Of a stretch of DNA of 64,000 nt, positions 46,125-56,188 are shown one piece after another (position 1 is the stretch's first letter; every line of letters starts with the position of its first letter). This DNA comes from an uncultured bacterium (GTDB lineage: Bacteria; Patescibacteriota; Minisyncoccia; Phycocordibacterales; Phycocordibacteraceae), in the NCBI GenBank assembly GCA_947085985.1, contig CAMTYL010000003.1, positions 137,239-201,238 of the forward strand, given 5' to 3'. Both the position numbers and the translations under genes were made by a program. The notes beneath the pieces are model-generated. The model worked only from the letters and a program-made list of their open reading frames with translations, did not search any database and was not told the origin of the DNA.

Positions 46125-47078
46125 TTACTCGCCTTTTAGCTCGAGTCCAAGCTTATCAAGAGCCTCAGAGATCTCTGCGACTGCCTTGTCTCCAACGCCA
46201 TCAAGCTCAAGAAGTGCTGATGCAGTCTTCTTTACAAGTCCTGCAACGGTCTTGATACCAGCGTCAGTAAGAGCGGTGGTAACGCGAGCGCCAAGCTCTA
46301 GCTCCTCAATCTTCATCTTTGAAGCGTCCTTTCCGGCTGCTGCCTTTGGGGCTGCTTCAAAGCCAGTAGTCTCTCCGTCCATTTCAGACTCCTCCTGGAA
46401 TCCAACGATAGCCTTGAGCTGGTGAATCATCACTTCAATAGAGCGCTCAAGAGCCTCGCGAGGAGTGATAGTGCCGTTGGTCTCAATCAAAATACGTAGA
46501 CGGTTGAAGTCGGTGCGGTCTCCAACGCGCATGTTCTCTACTTCGTAGTTCACACGGCGAATTGGGGTGAAGGTTGCGTCTAGTGCAATGGTACCAATGT
46601 CTACCTTCTCCTTGGTAAGCATCTCGCGGGGCACGTAGCCAAGTCCGCGCTCAATAGTAGCTTCTATCTCAAGCCCCGCCTTCCCTGCGATGTCAGCAAT
46701 GTGCATCTCTGGGTTTGCAATCTGAACCTGTGAAGGAAGCTGGAAGTCTGCAGCAGACACCTGCTTTGGGCCCTTTACCGAAAGACGAATAGTCTGAGCC
46801 TCCTCTCCATGAAGCACAAAGTGCACACGCTTTAGGTTAAGGAGAATCTCCATAACGCTCTCGTGAACGCCCTCAATAGTAGCGAACTCGTGAGAAACGC
46901 CATCAATCTTTACGCTCGTGACGGTAGCGCCAGGAAGTGAAGCGTGAATAATACGGCGAAGTGAGTTGCCGAGTGTGTGGCCGTAGCCTGGGTATAGAGA
47001 ATCAATCTCGTATACGCCCTGTACGCCCTCCTCAGAAACGATGCGAGGCTTAGACGGTAGTGTGATGTGGTATTCCAT
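46125..47078 (-). CDS. rpoA: DNA-directed RNA polymerase alpha subunit
   Basis: N-terminal dimerisation domain and C-terminal alphaCTD (…VEELELGARVTTALTDAGIKTVAGLV…); 317 aa. Confidence 0.9.
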   Translation of the reverse strand: MEYHITLPSKPRIVSEEGVQGVYEIDSLYPGYGHTLGNSLRRIIHASLPGATVTSVKIDGVSHEFATIEGVHESVMEILLNLKRVHFVLHGEEAQTIRLSVKGPKQVSAADFQLPSQVQIANPEMHIADIAGKAGLEIEATIERGLGYVPREMLTKEKVDIGTIALDATFTPIRRVNYEVENMRVGDRTDFNRLRILIETNGTITPREALERSIEVMIHQLKAIVGFQEESEMDGETTGFEAAPKAAAGKDASKMKIEELELGARVTTALTDAGIKTVAGLVKKTASALLELDGVGDKAVAEISEALDKLGLELKGE

Positions 47079-47111
47079 AACTCAATCAATTAACCAACAG
47101 TAATAATGAAA

Positions 47112-47726
47112 CTAGCGGCTGTAGAACGAGAGCACGGACACGAGGTCGCCCGCAGTGTCTGCGGTCTCGTCGGTCGGTAGCTCAAGCACGCCTCCCTCCA
47201 TAGTCTTCGCGTTCCATGTAAGCCAACGTGGAAGCGGAGTCTCAGCAAACTTCTCTGCAAAGCCCTCGAACAGACGAGCGTCCTTGCTACCAGGGCGTAC
47301 CCCGATAACGTCGCCAATGCGCATTGCGCGAGAAGGAATCGTCGTCTTCACACCGTTAATAACGATGTGTCCGTGCGATACCATCTGGCGAGCTGCGCGG
47401 CGGCTCGGTGCGAGACCGAGTCGGTAGATGATGTTATCAAGACGCATTTCAAGCTGGCGGTGGAGCATGTCTACAGGACGAGCGCCGTGGGTAGAAGTGG
47501 CTACACTCACGTACTTTGCGAACTGGCGCTCAGAGAGGCCGTAGGTAAGGCGAACCTTCTGCTTCTCAAGAAGCTGGCGACCGAACTCGGTCTGCTGGTT
47601 GCGACGTCCACTCTTCTTGGTGCGCGCTGAGCGCTCCTGGGCAAGCGCAAACTTTGCAGTCTGGGTCTTTGGGAAGACTGAAGCGCCGAGACGCTTCGCA
47701 ATCTTGTACTTAGGGCCGATGATCAT
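47112..47726 (-). CDS. rpsD: 30S ribosomal protein S4
   Basis: S4 domain (…RLDNIIYRLGLAPSRRAARQMVSHGHIVINGVKT…). Start trimmed to the internal Met (MIIGPKYK). Confidence 0.85.
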   Translation of the reverse strand: MIIGPKYKIAKRLGASVFPKTQTAKFALAQERSARTKKSGRRNQQTEFGRQLLEKQKVRLTYGLSERQFAKYVSVATSTHGARPVDMLHRQLEMRLDNIIYRLGLAPSRRAARQMVSHGHIVINGVKTTIPSRAMRIGDVIGVRPGSKDARLFEGFAEKFAETPLPRWLTWNAKTMEGGVLELPTDETADTAGDLVSVLSFYSR

Positions 47727-47745
47727 ACGTAGTAAAGAAGAAGGA

Positions 47746-48180
47746 TTAAACGCGACGAGGCTTAGGTGGACGCGGGCCGTTGTGCGGCACCGGCGTTGCA
47801 TCCTTAATAGCGCTGATAGTGATGCCCTTGCCGGCGAATGAGCGAAGTGCAGACTCGCGACCAGCACCAATACCACGGATAACTACCGCAGCCTCCTTTA
47901 GGCCGATAGCAAGTGCCTTGTCGCCAAGAAGCTCACCCACCTTTGCAGCTGCGTAGGGGGTAGACTTGCGAGCGCCAGAGAATCCAAGTGCGCCTGCAGA
48001 AGAGGAGATAACCGCGTTGCCTTTCTCGTCAGTGAGTACTGCCTTGGTGTTGTTGAAGGTGGCCTCAACGTGTAGCACGCCGCGTTCAATGCGCTTCTTA
48101 GCAATCTTTGCGAGTGCACGCTCCTTGCGACCCTGGTCGAGTCCGCGTCCGCTCTTCTTGATGATTCGTTTCTTACCCAT
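47746..48180 (-). CDS. rpsK: 30S ribosomal protein S11
   Basis: …HVEATFNNTKAVLTDEKGNAV… and a C-terminal …RPPKPRRV. Confidence 0.9.
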   Translation of the reverse strand: MGKKRIIKKSGRGLDQGRKERALAKIAKKRIERGVLHVEATFNNTKAVLTDEKGNAVISSSAGALGFSGARKSTPYAAAKVGELLGDKALAIGLKEAAVVIRGIGAGRESALRSFAGKGITISAIKDATPVPHNGPRPPKPRRV

Positions 48181-48207
48181 AGGAAATTAAAGTGGTTAGC
48201 GCAAGGA

Positions 48208-48588
48208 TTATGTCTTCTCAAGCGTACGACGACCGCTACCCATCGTCTTACGAGTGTTGCCACGCACGGTACGTGAATTTGTCTTGGTGCGCTGCCCCTT
48301 AACAGGTAGACGGCGCTCGTGACGAATACCGCGGTATGAGCGGATATCCTTCAAGCGCTTTACGTTCTGACCGATCTCGCGCTTAAGCTCTCCCTCAATA
48401 GTGAAGGCCTCAGCAAGAAGACGAATCTTCTGCTCGTCCTCAGGAGTGATGTCCTGGGCCTTGGTGGTGTATGCAATACCTGCTTCGTCCAAAATCTTAC
48501 GCGCACGCGTAGGACCGATACCAAAGATAAGCGGCAGCGCGTATGCGAGCTGCTTGTCGTCTGGAAGTGTTACACCGGCGATACGCAT
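48208..48588 (-). CDS. rpsM: 30S ribosomal protein S13
   Basis: MRIAGVTLPDDKQLAYALPLIFGIGPTRARKIL... Confidence 0.9.
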   Translation of the reverse strand: MRIAGVTLPDDKQLAYALPLIFGIGPTRARKILDEAGIAYTTKAQDITPEDEQKIRLLAEAFTIEGELKREIGQNVKRLKDIRSYRGIRHERRLPVKGQRTKTNSRTVRGNTRKTMGSGRRTLEKT

Positions 48589-48634
48589 GACAGTAGTGGT
48601 TACAAGAGGTTAATGACGAAACGAATGAAAAATT

Positions 48635-48751
48635 CTAGCCCTGGCGAGCCTTGCGGCGAGGATTGCGCTTGTTAATACGGTACAGGCGTCCACGACGGCG
48701 GACGATGATGTCCCCCGGTTCCTGAACCTTGATTGATGCGCGTACTTTCAT
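48635..48751 (-). CDS. rpmJ: 50S ribosomal protein L36
   Basis: Not in the ORF track because it is under 60 aa. The reverse translation is [38 protein letters not shown], sitting between rpsM and infA. Confidence 0.85.
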   Translation of the reverse strand: MKVRASIKVQEPGDIIVRRRGRLYRINKRNPRRKARQG

Positions 48752-48810
48752 GAAAATTAATTAAGATACCCTTTTGGTAAGCTAGCTCGGAGTCGCTGTG
48801 CTTCTCCTAT

Positions 48811-49029
48811 CTAGCTAAGTCTCCTCACAACGCGTGCTCGACCCCCGTATGGATCAAGAACCAGCTCAACGCGGTCCCCCACCAATACACGGATACGATG
48901 CAATCGCATCTTGCCTGCAAGGTACGCAAGAAGAAGATTACCATCTGGCATCCTCACCCGAAATAACGAGTTAGGAAGCACCTCTTCTACGGTGCCAGTG
49001 GTTGGATCCCCTTCTGTACTTTCCTCCAT
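48811..49029 (-). CDS. infA: Translation initiation factor IF-1
   Basis: S1-like OB fold (…GTVEEVLPNSLFRVRMPDGNLLLAYLAGKMRLHRIRVLVGDRVELVLDPY…). Confidence 0.85.
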   Translation of the reverse strand: MEESTEGDPTTGTVEEVLPNSLFRVRMPDGNLLLAYLAGKMRLHRIRVLVGDRVELVLDPYGGRARVVRRLS

Positions 49030-49084
49030 GTGAAGCTTCCCTATCTTAACAGGGTAGTGTTAGAGCGTCAAATGGGTACTGGGA

Positions 49085-50383
49085 CTAAGTCTTGGAACTA
49101 GGCTCCAAAACGACCACTTCAATCTTGCTTGGGTCTGACGGGAAGGAAGAGCTCCAGAATGGGCGGATCAGAATGTGCACTTTTTCTACCTCTGGGAAGC
49201 CCGTAAGAGCGGTTTCAGCAGACTCGCGATTCTTGCCCGCAACGGCGCCCGCAATGCGATCCCCCTCTACTACCCACAAAATAGAAGCATTTCCCTCCAA
49301 GGTAAACGCGAATTCTTGGTCAGTAGCTGACGGCGCTGCGCCTGTCTTTGCGGTTACCTTTAGACCGCTCTCCTTTTTAAGGGTTACCGCCTGGCCATTG
49401 TAGGTGCCATCGTTTGCGTACGCGATAGCTGAAGCAATCGCCTGGCGAGGGAAGACCACTGCAGTAGCACTTGCCTTTTGACTAAGCGAAACTGCGCCGC
49501 CCGCTGCTGGAGCATCTGGCTCGCTTACATAGGTTACGAAGCTTGCTCCTGGGAGTAGCACGTAGCCCTCAGGAACTTTTGCCTGTATGGCCGCATCTAT
49601 CCCGTCAGTGAGTTCTTGCTTCAGTGTGGCATAGGTCTTGTCCTTGGTTGCTTGGGACACTGTTGGGCGGACACCCGAGAAGCCGCCAGTCATGGGCCCC
49701 TCTGACTTAGCGGTCACCTGCTCAAACGCCTTACTTCCCTTCAGTCCTGGTAGGGTGAATGTGGTTGCAGGAATGTTGAAGGATTCACCCGTTGCGTCAG
49801 CGTAGACCGTCACCGTGAGCGTTCCAGGGCCTCCCTGGCTGGCCGGAACCGTGATTGAGTCTCGGATACGATAAATTTTACCGTCCGGGGTCTCAAAACG
49901 TGTGTTTTTTATGAGTTGCTGGGGGACGGCTTGGGTGTTTGAGATAACAATGCTGCCCTGCGCCGCCTGCTGCACGTTCTCTGTGCCCTCGCTCTTCACC
50001 TCCGCAGTCGCTACCTTTTCCACCGACACCACTGCAAATGGAAGTGTTCCGCCACCTGCGGTTGCGAGCATGTCGCCTGCCATCATGATGTCCTTTTGCA
50101 TAGGAGTGATCGTGACCTTTGCTTTTGAAAATGCGAAGAGTGCTCCTGCTGAAGCCGCAATAACAATGAGCGCCACCACGGCAGTCCCTACGGGAAATTT
50201 ACCGCCAGTGCGCGGCACGCGCTGCTGCCTTGCTGGTTTCGGTGGCTTTGGTGCCCGGCCGTACTGTGTGGGGAGCGGTGGAGTTACCGGCGGAGTGTAC
50301 GGTACTCCCTCTGTGCCGAGCATTGCCCTGCGACGTGACGGCGGAATGATATCGTTTAAGTTTCTGTCCATACGTAAAGGCAC
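49085..50383 (-). CDS. Hypothetical bitopic membrane protein (Pro-rich cytoplasmic N-terminus, one TM, large periplasmic domain); possibly a PilN/PilO-like partner of the upstream actin-like ATPase
   Basis: The Pro-rich N-terminus is followed by a TM (VVALIVIAASAGALFAF) and about 330 aa of periplasmic region. Operon position after the PilM/FtsA-like gene. Confidence 0.3.
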   Translation of the reverse strand: MPLRMDRNLNDIIPPSRRRAMLGTEGVPYTPPVTPPLPTQYGRAPKPPKPARQQRVPRTGGKFPVGTAVVALIVIAASAGALFAFSKAKVTITPMQKDIMMAGDMLATAGGGTLPFAVVSVEKVATAEVKSEGTENVQQAAQGSIVISNTQAVPQQLIKNTRFETPDGKIYRIRDSITVPASQGGPGTLTVTVYADATGESFNIPATTFTLPGLKGSKAFEQVTAKSEGPMTGGFSGVRPTVSQATKDKTYATLKQELTDGIDAAIQAKVPEGYVLLPGASFVTYVSEPDAPAAGGAVSLSQKASATAVVFPRQAIASAIAYANDGTYNGQAVTLKKESGLKVTAKTGAAPSATDQEFAFTLEGNASILWVVEGDRIAGAVAGKNRESAETALTGFPEVEKVHILIRPFWSSSFPSDPSKIEVVVLEPSSKT

Positions 50384-50458
50384 TCCATTGCGCTTACCGA
50401 ATATGGGGTAAGTATAGCAGTACGGAGGCCCTCCACCAGCCCCTTGGTGGATAGAAAT

Positions 50459-51580
50459 CTAGCCTTTACGTAAGCGGTCTTGGTAAAAGAGAGCCAGTAT
50501 GGAGAGAAATATGTCGCCCTCTGCCAGACCGCGGGCTCGCACTACGCTTGTGGTGTGTTCTGGAGCAAGCGCTATGACTGACAGCGGTTCTTCCGATAGC
50601 CAGAGGGTTCGCAGGGTGCTCTCATCTATCAGGCGCTTCAAGAATGGGCGCACACCTTCGTCCGCCAACAGAAACACGGTATGGGGAAGTGGGTGCTCGC
50701 CTGCAAACGTAGCAAGCATTCCTTTTACTCCTTCTAACCAGGCGGCCTCGGCCGCAGCAACCTTTGGGCCAAACGTTGCGTTACGATTAGGGTCAATTGC
50801 TCCGAGACCTGCGCCGCCTCGCGCAGCACCTCTCCCAGCCGCTAGTAGATCATGGACCCCTTGCGAAAGTGTCGTGACGCCAGCCAGCACACCCTTCTTC
50901 ACGATAAGTGCGCCTGTAGCAGAACCAGAGACGTCAAGCAGTATGTACTCCTTTTGTAGTGGGTAGAGGTTGGACAGAACCGCGTACGCCACCGGCGCGA
51001 AGGCAACCATTTCAATGCTGTGTGAGTGAAATGCTTTGCGCAGCTCGGTGTTTATGGTCTTTGCCACGCTCTTTTCCAGAGTACTTGTGAGCACGGTGAG
51101 CTCTGCTTTATGAGCGCGCTTACCCCAGGGCTCTGCTGTCTCGTAGCCATTAAGGACGGTGGAGATGACGGAAGTATCAGAAACGATGCGGTCTGGTGAC
51201 GGTGACGTTGCCGTCACTGCCTTTTGCATAAGTGCACGAGTAAACACAAAGGAGTGCTCTTCAGCAAGCGTGACGGTCTGAATGGATGTCTCTTGCCACG
51301 GTGCTGCCACAGAAACGAGCACCATATCAATACGCCCGTCTCCTGCCTCGCGACTATACGCTGGCGCACCTTCCCGTACTAGTTGTATGCAAACGGCTTC
51401 AAGCGTGCGAAGCATGCCCTGCTCAACGGTCTCGCCGTCTCTAGACTCAACGTCTATGCGTGTTGAATAGCATATGATGGGCGCATCCCCTTTCTTCTGA
51501 AACATCCACGCTCCAGCAACTGAGGCCGAGCCTATATCAACAAGAATCACTCCTTTGGAAGTGGTGCCGAAAAGTCCCAT
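50459..51580 (-). CDS. Actin-like ATPase of the FtsA/PilM family
   Basis: Two phosphate-binding-like loops (ILVDIGSASVAGA and YILLDVSGSATGALIVKKG) at the expected spacing of the actin/Hsp70 fold. Confidence 0.4.
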   Translation of the reverse strand: MGLFGTTSKGVILVDIGSASVAGAWMFQKKGDAPIICYSTRIDVESRDGETVEQGMLRTLEAVCIQLVREGAPAYSREAGDGRIDMVLVSVAAPWQETSIQTVTLAEEHSFVFTRALMQKAVTATSPSPDRIVSDTSVISTVLNGYETAEPWGKRAHKAELTVLTSTLEKSVAKTINTELRKAFHSHSIEMVAFAPVAYAVLSNLYPLQKEYILLDVSGSATGALIVKKGVLAGVTTLSQGVHDLLAAGRGAARGGAGLGAIDPNRNATFGPKVAAAEAAWLEGVKGMLATFAGEHPLPHTVFLLADEGVRPFLKRLIDESTLRTLWLSEEPLSVIALAPEHTTSVVRARGLAEGDIFLSILALFYQDRLRKG

Positions 51581-51628
51581 AGATACACTCAGTATACACG
51601 CACTCTTGCGTGCTGGACGTGGAGTTAT

Positions 51629-53542
51629 CTACGCGATAACTGCTTTGATGCGACGAATGCCTGAAGCGACCGCTTCTTCCTTCTGAATCTTAAACGTTCC
51701 AGCTGCGGCAATCTCGCTGGTGTTTGCAACGTGTGGCCCGCCACAGAATTCAAGTGAGAACGCGTGTGCAATGTCTGGAGCGTCCTGTGTTGCGTGAATC
51801 GGTCCTACTGAGTACACCGACACCATATCAGGGTACTTCACTCCAAATTCCATTTCGGCGCCCAGCTTCTCTGCTTCCTCGCGTGGCATGACGGTGCGGG
51901 TGACAGGAAGGTTCTGCGAAACTACGTCGTTCACAATTCGCTCTACCTCCGCCTTCTGCTCGTCGGTCATTTTGCCCGGGGATGAGAAGTCTATGCGTAG
52001 GCGCTCACTCGTGATGTTGCTTCCCCGCTGTTTTACCTCGGGCCCCAGCACCATTTGGAGGGCCTTCAGGAGGATGTGATGGGTTGTGTGGTAACGCACG
52101 GTTGCTTCTGCATGGTCAGCGAGACCTCCAGCAAAGCGCTGCGCGCCCCCGGCACGAGAGGTGTCCTGGTGCTCCTTCATGCGTGCTGCAACAGCGTCCT
52201 GGTCAAGCGTAATACCGCGCTCCTTTGCAAGTTCTTCGGTTAGCTCCACTGGGAATCCATAGGTGGTAAAGAGAATGAACGCGTCCTCTGCGCTCACTTC
52301 GCGCTTTGCAGCAAGCTTTTCAAACTCTTTGAGTCCTTGTTCAAGTGTTTTGCGGAATTTCTCTTCCTCTTTCGCAAGCTCGTCCGCAATCTTTGTAGCC
52401 GCAGCTTGTACGTGCGGATAGTGATCCTCGTAAGTACGCGCATAGCTCTCCGCTACTGCTGGCAAAATGGCCTCCTTCACCCCAAGGCGGTCTGCCTCGC
52501 GAATGGCGCGGCGGATAAGGCGGCGCAGGACGTAGCCAGCTTCAGAGTTTGCAGGCACAACGCCCTCAGCAAGCATAAAGCTCGCTGCGCGCATGTGGTC
52601 CAAGATGATACGGAACGCGCGGGTTACCTCCTCGCTCTCGCCATATCTCTTGCCAGAACGTTCTTCGAGTACAGCACGAGGCCCTTCAAACACATCAATG
52701 TCAAAAACATCGGAGCTGTTGATGGTGGTTGCTACAAAACGCTCCAAACCGCCACCAAAGTCTACGTTCTGCTTTGGAAGGTTGGAGAATGAGCCGTCAG
52801 CATTCTTTACGTACTGCATGAACACTGAGTTGCAAATCTCAACAAAACGTCCGCAATCACAATTTACGTGACACTCCTTGCCCCACTTCGGGTCATGGGG
52901 CGTTCCGAAGTCATAAAACATCTCCGCATCAGGTCCTCCAGGCTCTCCTGGCGGCATATTTCCGGGCACTCCAGAGCGGCTCCACCAATTTTTCTTGGAG
53001 CCATAGGCAAAAATCCTGCCACCCTGCATTCCCTGCTCGTAGCCATTCTCTTCTGTATCAAGCACAACCAATTTGGCATCAATTCCTTTGGTGGCAAAAA
53101 GTGCCTTCCAAATATCAACCGCCTCTGTGTCTAGCTCCATGCCAGCTTCTTCATCACCAGAATATACGGTTACGTAGATTCGGTTTGGATCAAATCCAAG
53201 ACCTGTCTCGGCACTAGTCATAAACTCAAAAATCCACGGAAGCTGCTCCTTCTTGAAATAGTCGCCAAGCGACCAGTTCCCAAGCATTTCAAAGAAGGTG
53301 GTGTGGCGGTTGTCGCCCACTTCTTCAATGTCGCCCGCACGGAAACTCATTTGTGAATTTGCAACGCGCACTCCTTCCGGGTGCTCCTGTCCAAGTAGGT
53401 ACGGCACCAAGGGCTGCATTCCTGAGGAGGTAAAGAGCGTGGTGGGATCGTTCCCCGGCACAATAGGCGCGGACGGAATAATGGCGTGGCCACGGGCCTT
53501 ATAAAACGCGAGGAAGCGGCTGCGTACTTCAGAGACTGTCAT
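51629..53542 (-). CDS. alaS: Alanyl-tRNA synthetase lacking the C-terminal C-Ala domain
   Basis: N-terminal catalytic core (FLAFYKARGHAIIPSAPIVPGNDPTTLFTSSGMQPL…TTFFEMLGNWSLGDYFK). Editing-domain end (…CGGPHVANTSEIAAAGTFKI…RIKAVIA). Length about 640 aa versus about 870 for canonical AlaRS. Confidence 0.85.
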   Translation of the reverse strand: MTVSEVRSRFLAFYKARGHAIIPSAPIVPGNDPTTLFTSSGMQPLVPYLLGQEHPEGVRVANSQMSFRAGDIEEVGDNRHTTFFEMLGNWSLGDYFKKEQLPWIFEFMTSAETGLGFDPNRIYVTVYSGDEEAGMELDTEAVDIWKALFATKGIDAKLVVLDTEENGYEQGMQGGRIFAYGSKKNWWSRSGVPGNMPPGEPGGPDAEMFYDFGTPHDPKWGKECHVNCDCGRFVEICNSVFMQYVKNADGSFSNLPKQNVDFGGGLERFVATTINSSDVFDIDVFEGPRAVLEERSGKRYGESEEVTRAFRIILDHMRAASFMLAEGVVPANSEAGYVLRRLIRRAIREADRLGVKEAILPAVAESYARTYEDHYPHVQAAATKIADELAKEEEKFRKTLEQGLKEFEKLAAKREVSAEDAFILFTTYGFPVELTEELAKERGITLDQDAVAARMKEHQDTSRAGGAQRFAGGLADHAEATVRYHTTHHILLKALQMVLGPEVKQRGSNITSERLRIDFSSPGKMTDEQKAEVERIVNDVVSQNLPVTRTVMPREEAEKLGAEMEFGVKYPDMVSVYSVGPIHATQDAPDIAHAFSLEFCGGPHVANTSEIAAAGTFKIQKEEAVASGIRRIKAVIA

Positions 53543-53573
53543 AAGATTGAAGATAGCATTATACTGCCCGTAT

Positions 53574-55541
53574 ATGAAGCCTAAACACTGGGGTTTTGAC
53601 GTGAACGACTTGGAGCCAAGCATTCGCCCGCAAGATGATTTTTTTCATCATGTGAACAAGCGCTGGATGGACACTAACGAGATTCCAGATAACGAGGCGC
53701 GTTGGGGCAGCTTTATGAAATTGCGTCACGATAGTGACCAAAAATTGCATGCCATTTTGAAGGAGCTGGAAACAAAGCGGAACCTTCCTGTCGGCTCCCC
53801 CGAGCGACTCATTCGCAATTTCTACCGCTCTGGTATGGACATGAAGCGTAGGAATGCGCTTGGCCTTACTCCCCTTGCTCCCTTTCGCGAGCTCATTGCA
53901 AAGATTGATTCAACCGAGCGCCTGCTTGCGGTCATTGCAAAACTACATCGCGTTGGGGTCGGCGTTGCCTTTGGCGTTGGTATGGACCAGGACGCCAAGA
54001 AGAGTACGCGCTACCTACTCCACGTTCATCAAGATGGCATTGGTATGCCCGACCGCGACTATTATTTGAACGACGATGCTGAGTCTGTGCGCGTACGCAC
54101 TGCGTATGTCACACACGTCACCAAGCTGTTTGAACTCATGGGTCGTACTAAGAAGGAAGCCGTAGAGGATGCTGAAGTCGTGCTTGCGCTTGAAACGAAG
54201 CTTGCGAAAGCAATGATGAAGAAGGAGGACTCGCGCGACATGGAGAAGACCTATCATAAGATGACGCTTGCATCGCTGAAGCGCGAGGCAGTGAATATTG
54301 ATTGGGACCAGTACTTGAAACTCTCCTCCGCAAAGGAGGTGAGGGAACTTATTGTCATGCAACCCAAGTTCCTGCAGGCAGTAGACCGCATGCTCTCCTC
54401 GGTTCCCCTTTCTGATTGGAAGACGTATATGGAGTATCACGTAGTGAATGATTTCTCTGCGGCACTATCTGACACGTTCATAAAGCATAGTTTTGTGTTC
54501 TATGGGACCGTCCTTTCGGGAACGAAAGTGATGAAACCACTGTGGAGGCGCGTGCTTGGCGTGGTAAATGGTCAGGTGGGCGAGTTGCTGGGTCGCATCT
54601 ATGTAAAAAAGCACTTCACGCCTGAAGCAAAGAAGAAGATGAACATCCTGGTGGATGATTTGTTTACCGCGTATGAAGCAAGGCTGAAGTCGCTTGAGTG
54701 GATGACGCCCGCAACTAAAAAGAAGGCGCTGCGTAAACTGTACGCCATTAATCGGAAGATTGGCTACCCAGACAAGTGGAAGAGCTATGCGGGGCTTGAG
54801 ATAGAGAGCGACGACTACGTGGGCAACATCATCCGCGCAAACGAGCACGAGCACATGCGCACCATGAAGAAGTTGCGCGGGCCCGTTGATCGCGGCGAGT
54901 GGTTCATGTATCCGCAGACGGTGAATGCGTACTTCAGTGGCAGTCTAAACGACATCGCCTTCCCTGCCGCTATTCTGCAGCCACCCTTCTTTAGCCTTAC
55001 CGCGGACGACGCAGTGAACTATGGCTGTATTGGCGCCGTGATTGGACACGAGATTACGCACGGCTTTGACGACCAGGGTTCCAAGATGGATCACAATGGC
55101 AATTTGGTAAGTTGGTGGACGAAAGAGGATAAGAAGCGGTTTGACGCAAAAGCAAAGAAGGTGGAGAAGCAGTTTAACCAGTACGAAGTAGCTGACGGCT
55201 TGAAAGTAAATGGAAAGCTTACCTTGGGTGAGAATATCGCCGACCTTGGCGGTCTCTCTATTGCGTTTGACGCGTACCAGATGGCACTTCTACGCACGGG
55301 CCGAAAAGATATTGATGGGATGACTCCTGAACAGCGATTCTTTGCAGCGTTTGCAGTGTTTGAGCGCGAAAATGTGCGCCCTGAGTTTGAAAAAATGCAG
55401 GTGTTGAACGACCCGCACTCGCCAGGCAAGTTCCGTATCAATGGCCCGGTATCAAACTACGATGAGTTCTACAAAGCATACGGAGTGGTTAAAACGGACA
55501 AGCTCTACCGCGCACCAAAGGACAGAGAGATGGTGTGGTAA
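53574..55541 (+). CDS. pepO: M13-family zinc metalloendopeptidase (PepO/neprilysin-like)
   Basis: HExxH (VIGHEITHGF), ENIADLGG, C-terminal …YRAPKDREMVW. Start trimmed to avoid the alaS 5' end. Confidence 0.8.
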   Translation: MKPKHWGFDVNDLEPSIRPQDDFFHHVNKRWMDTNEIPDNEARWGSFMKLRHDSDQKLHAILKELETKRNLPVGSPERLIRNFYRSGMDMKRRNALGLTPLAPFRELIAKIDSTERLLAVIAKLHRVGVGVAFGVGMDQDAKKSTRYLLHVHQDGIGMPDRDYYLNDDAESVRVRTAYVTHVTKLFELMGRTKKEAVEDAEVVLALETKLAKAMMKKEDSRDMEKTYHKMTLASLKREAVNIDWDQYLKLSSAKEVRELIVMQPKFLQAVDRMLSSVPLSDWKTYMEYHVVNDFSAALSDTFIKHSFVFYGTVLSGTKVMKPLWRRVLGVVNGQVGELLGRIYVKKHFTPEAKKKMNILVDDLFTAYEARLKSLEWMTPATKKKALRKLYAINRKIGYPDKWKSYAGLEIESDDYVGNIIRANEHEHMRTMKKLRGPVDRGEWFMYPQTVNAYFSGSLNDIAFPAAILQPPFFSLTADDAVNYGCIGAVIGHEITHGFDDQGSKMDHNGNLVSWWTKEDKKRFDAKAKKVEKQFNQYEVADGLKVNGKLTLGENIADLGGLSIAFDAYQMALLRTGRKDIDGMTPEQRFFAAFAVFERENVRPEFEKMQVLNDPHSPGKFRINGPVSNYDEFYKAYGVVKTDKLYRAPKDREMVW

Positions 55542-55567
55542 GGCGAGTAGTCCCTCAAGATCTCCTT

Positions 55568-56182
55568 CTACTCAGTCGATTTGCGAGCAAGCACGCTAAT
55601 CGTGTGCCAGTGCTTGTGAGAGTCTGGCTCTTCCGCTGTGCCGCTATCGCTCTCGCGCTCCTCAAGCGATATAAGATCAAAGTCATCAAGCAGGTCGCGA
55701 ACAAACGAGCTATTCTGAGTATATTTACCGTGTGTGCCGTCCCAGTCATCGTTAGGACCGAGGAATTGAGCTGAAAAAACTCCTCCTGACTTGAGTGCGT
55801 TATGAATCCTGGCGACAAGTGCGGAGAGGTCAGTAGTTGGTACAAAGAATAGCGAGAACTGAGCGCTTACTAAGTTATAGCTATTTGGTTCGAGTGGAAC
55901 ATCCTGCATGTCTCCAATCCGAATCTCAAGACGCGCGTCTCCTATCTGTAGCGCTCTCTCTTTCACTGACGGTGCTGAATCTACAGCGACAACCCGAGCG
56001 AATCCTTGTTCAAGCAAGAAGCGAGCGTCGTTTAGAGCGCCTGCACCTAAGTCGACCACTGCCTCGCGTTCGGGAGTAAGCTCCAGTGCAGAAACAAGAC
56101 CTGGTCGCGGGCCGTAGCCTTCAGTCTTCTTGTAGTAAGCGTCCCAATCAGGTCCTCTCCGTCGATTTGGTATCCTTTCCAT
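55568..56182 (-). CDS. Class I SAM-dependent methyltransferase
   Basis: Motif I VVDLGAGALNDARFL, motif post-I RVVAVD; 204 aa. Confidence 0.6.
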   Translation of the reverse strand: MERIPNRRRGPDWDAYYKKTEGYGPRPGLVSALELTPEREAVVDLGAGALNDARFLLEQGFARVVAVDSAPSVKERALQIGDARLEIRIGDMQDVPLEPNSYNLVSAQFSLFFVPTTDLSALVARIHNALKSGGVFSAQFLGPNDDWDGTHGKYTQNSSFVRDLLDDFDLISLEERESDSGTAEEPDSHKHWHTISVLARKSTE

Positions 56183-56188
56183 ACTGTA

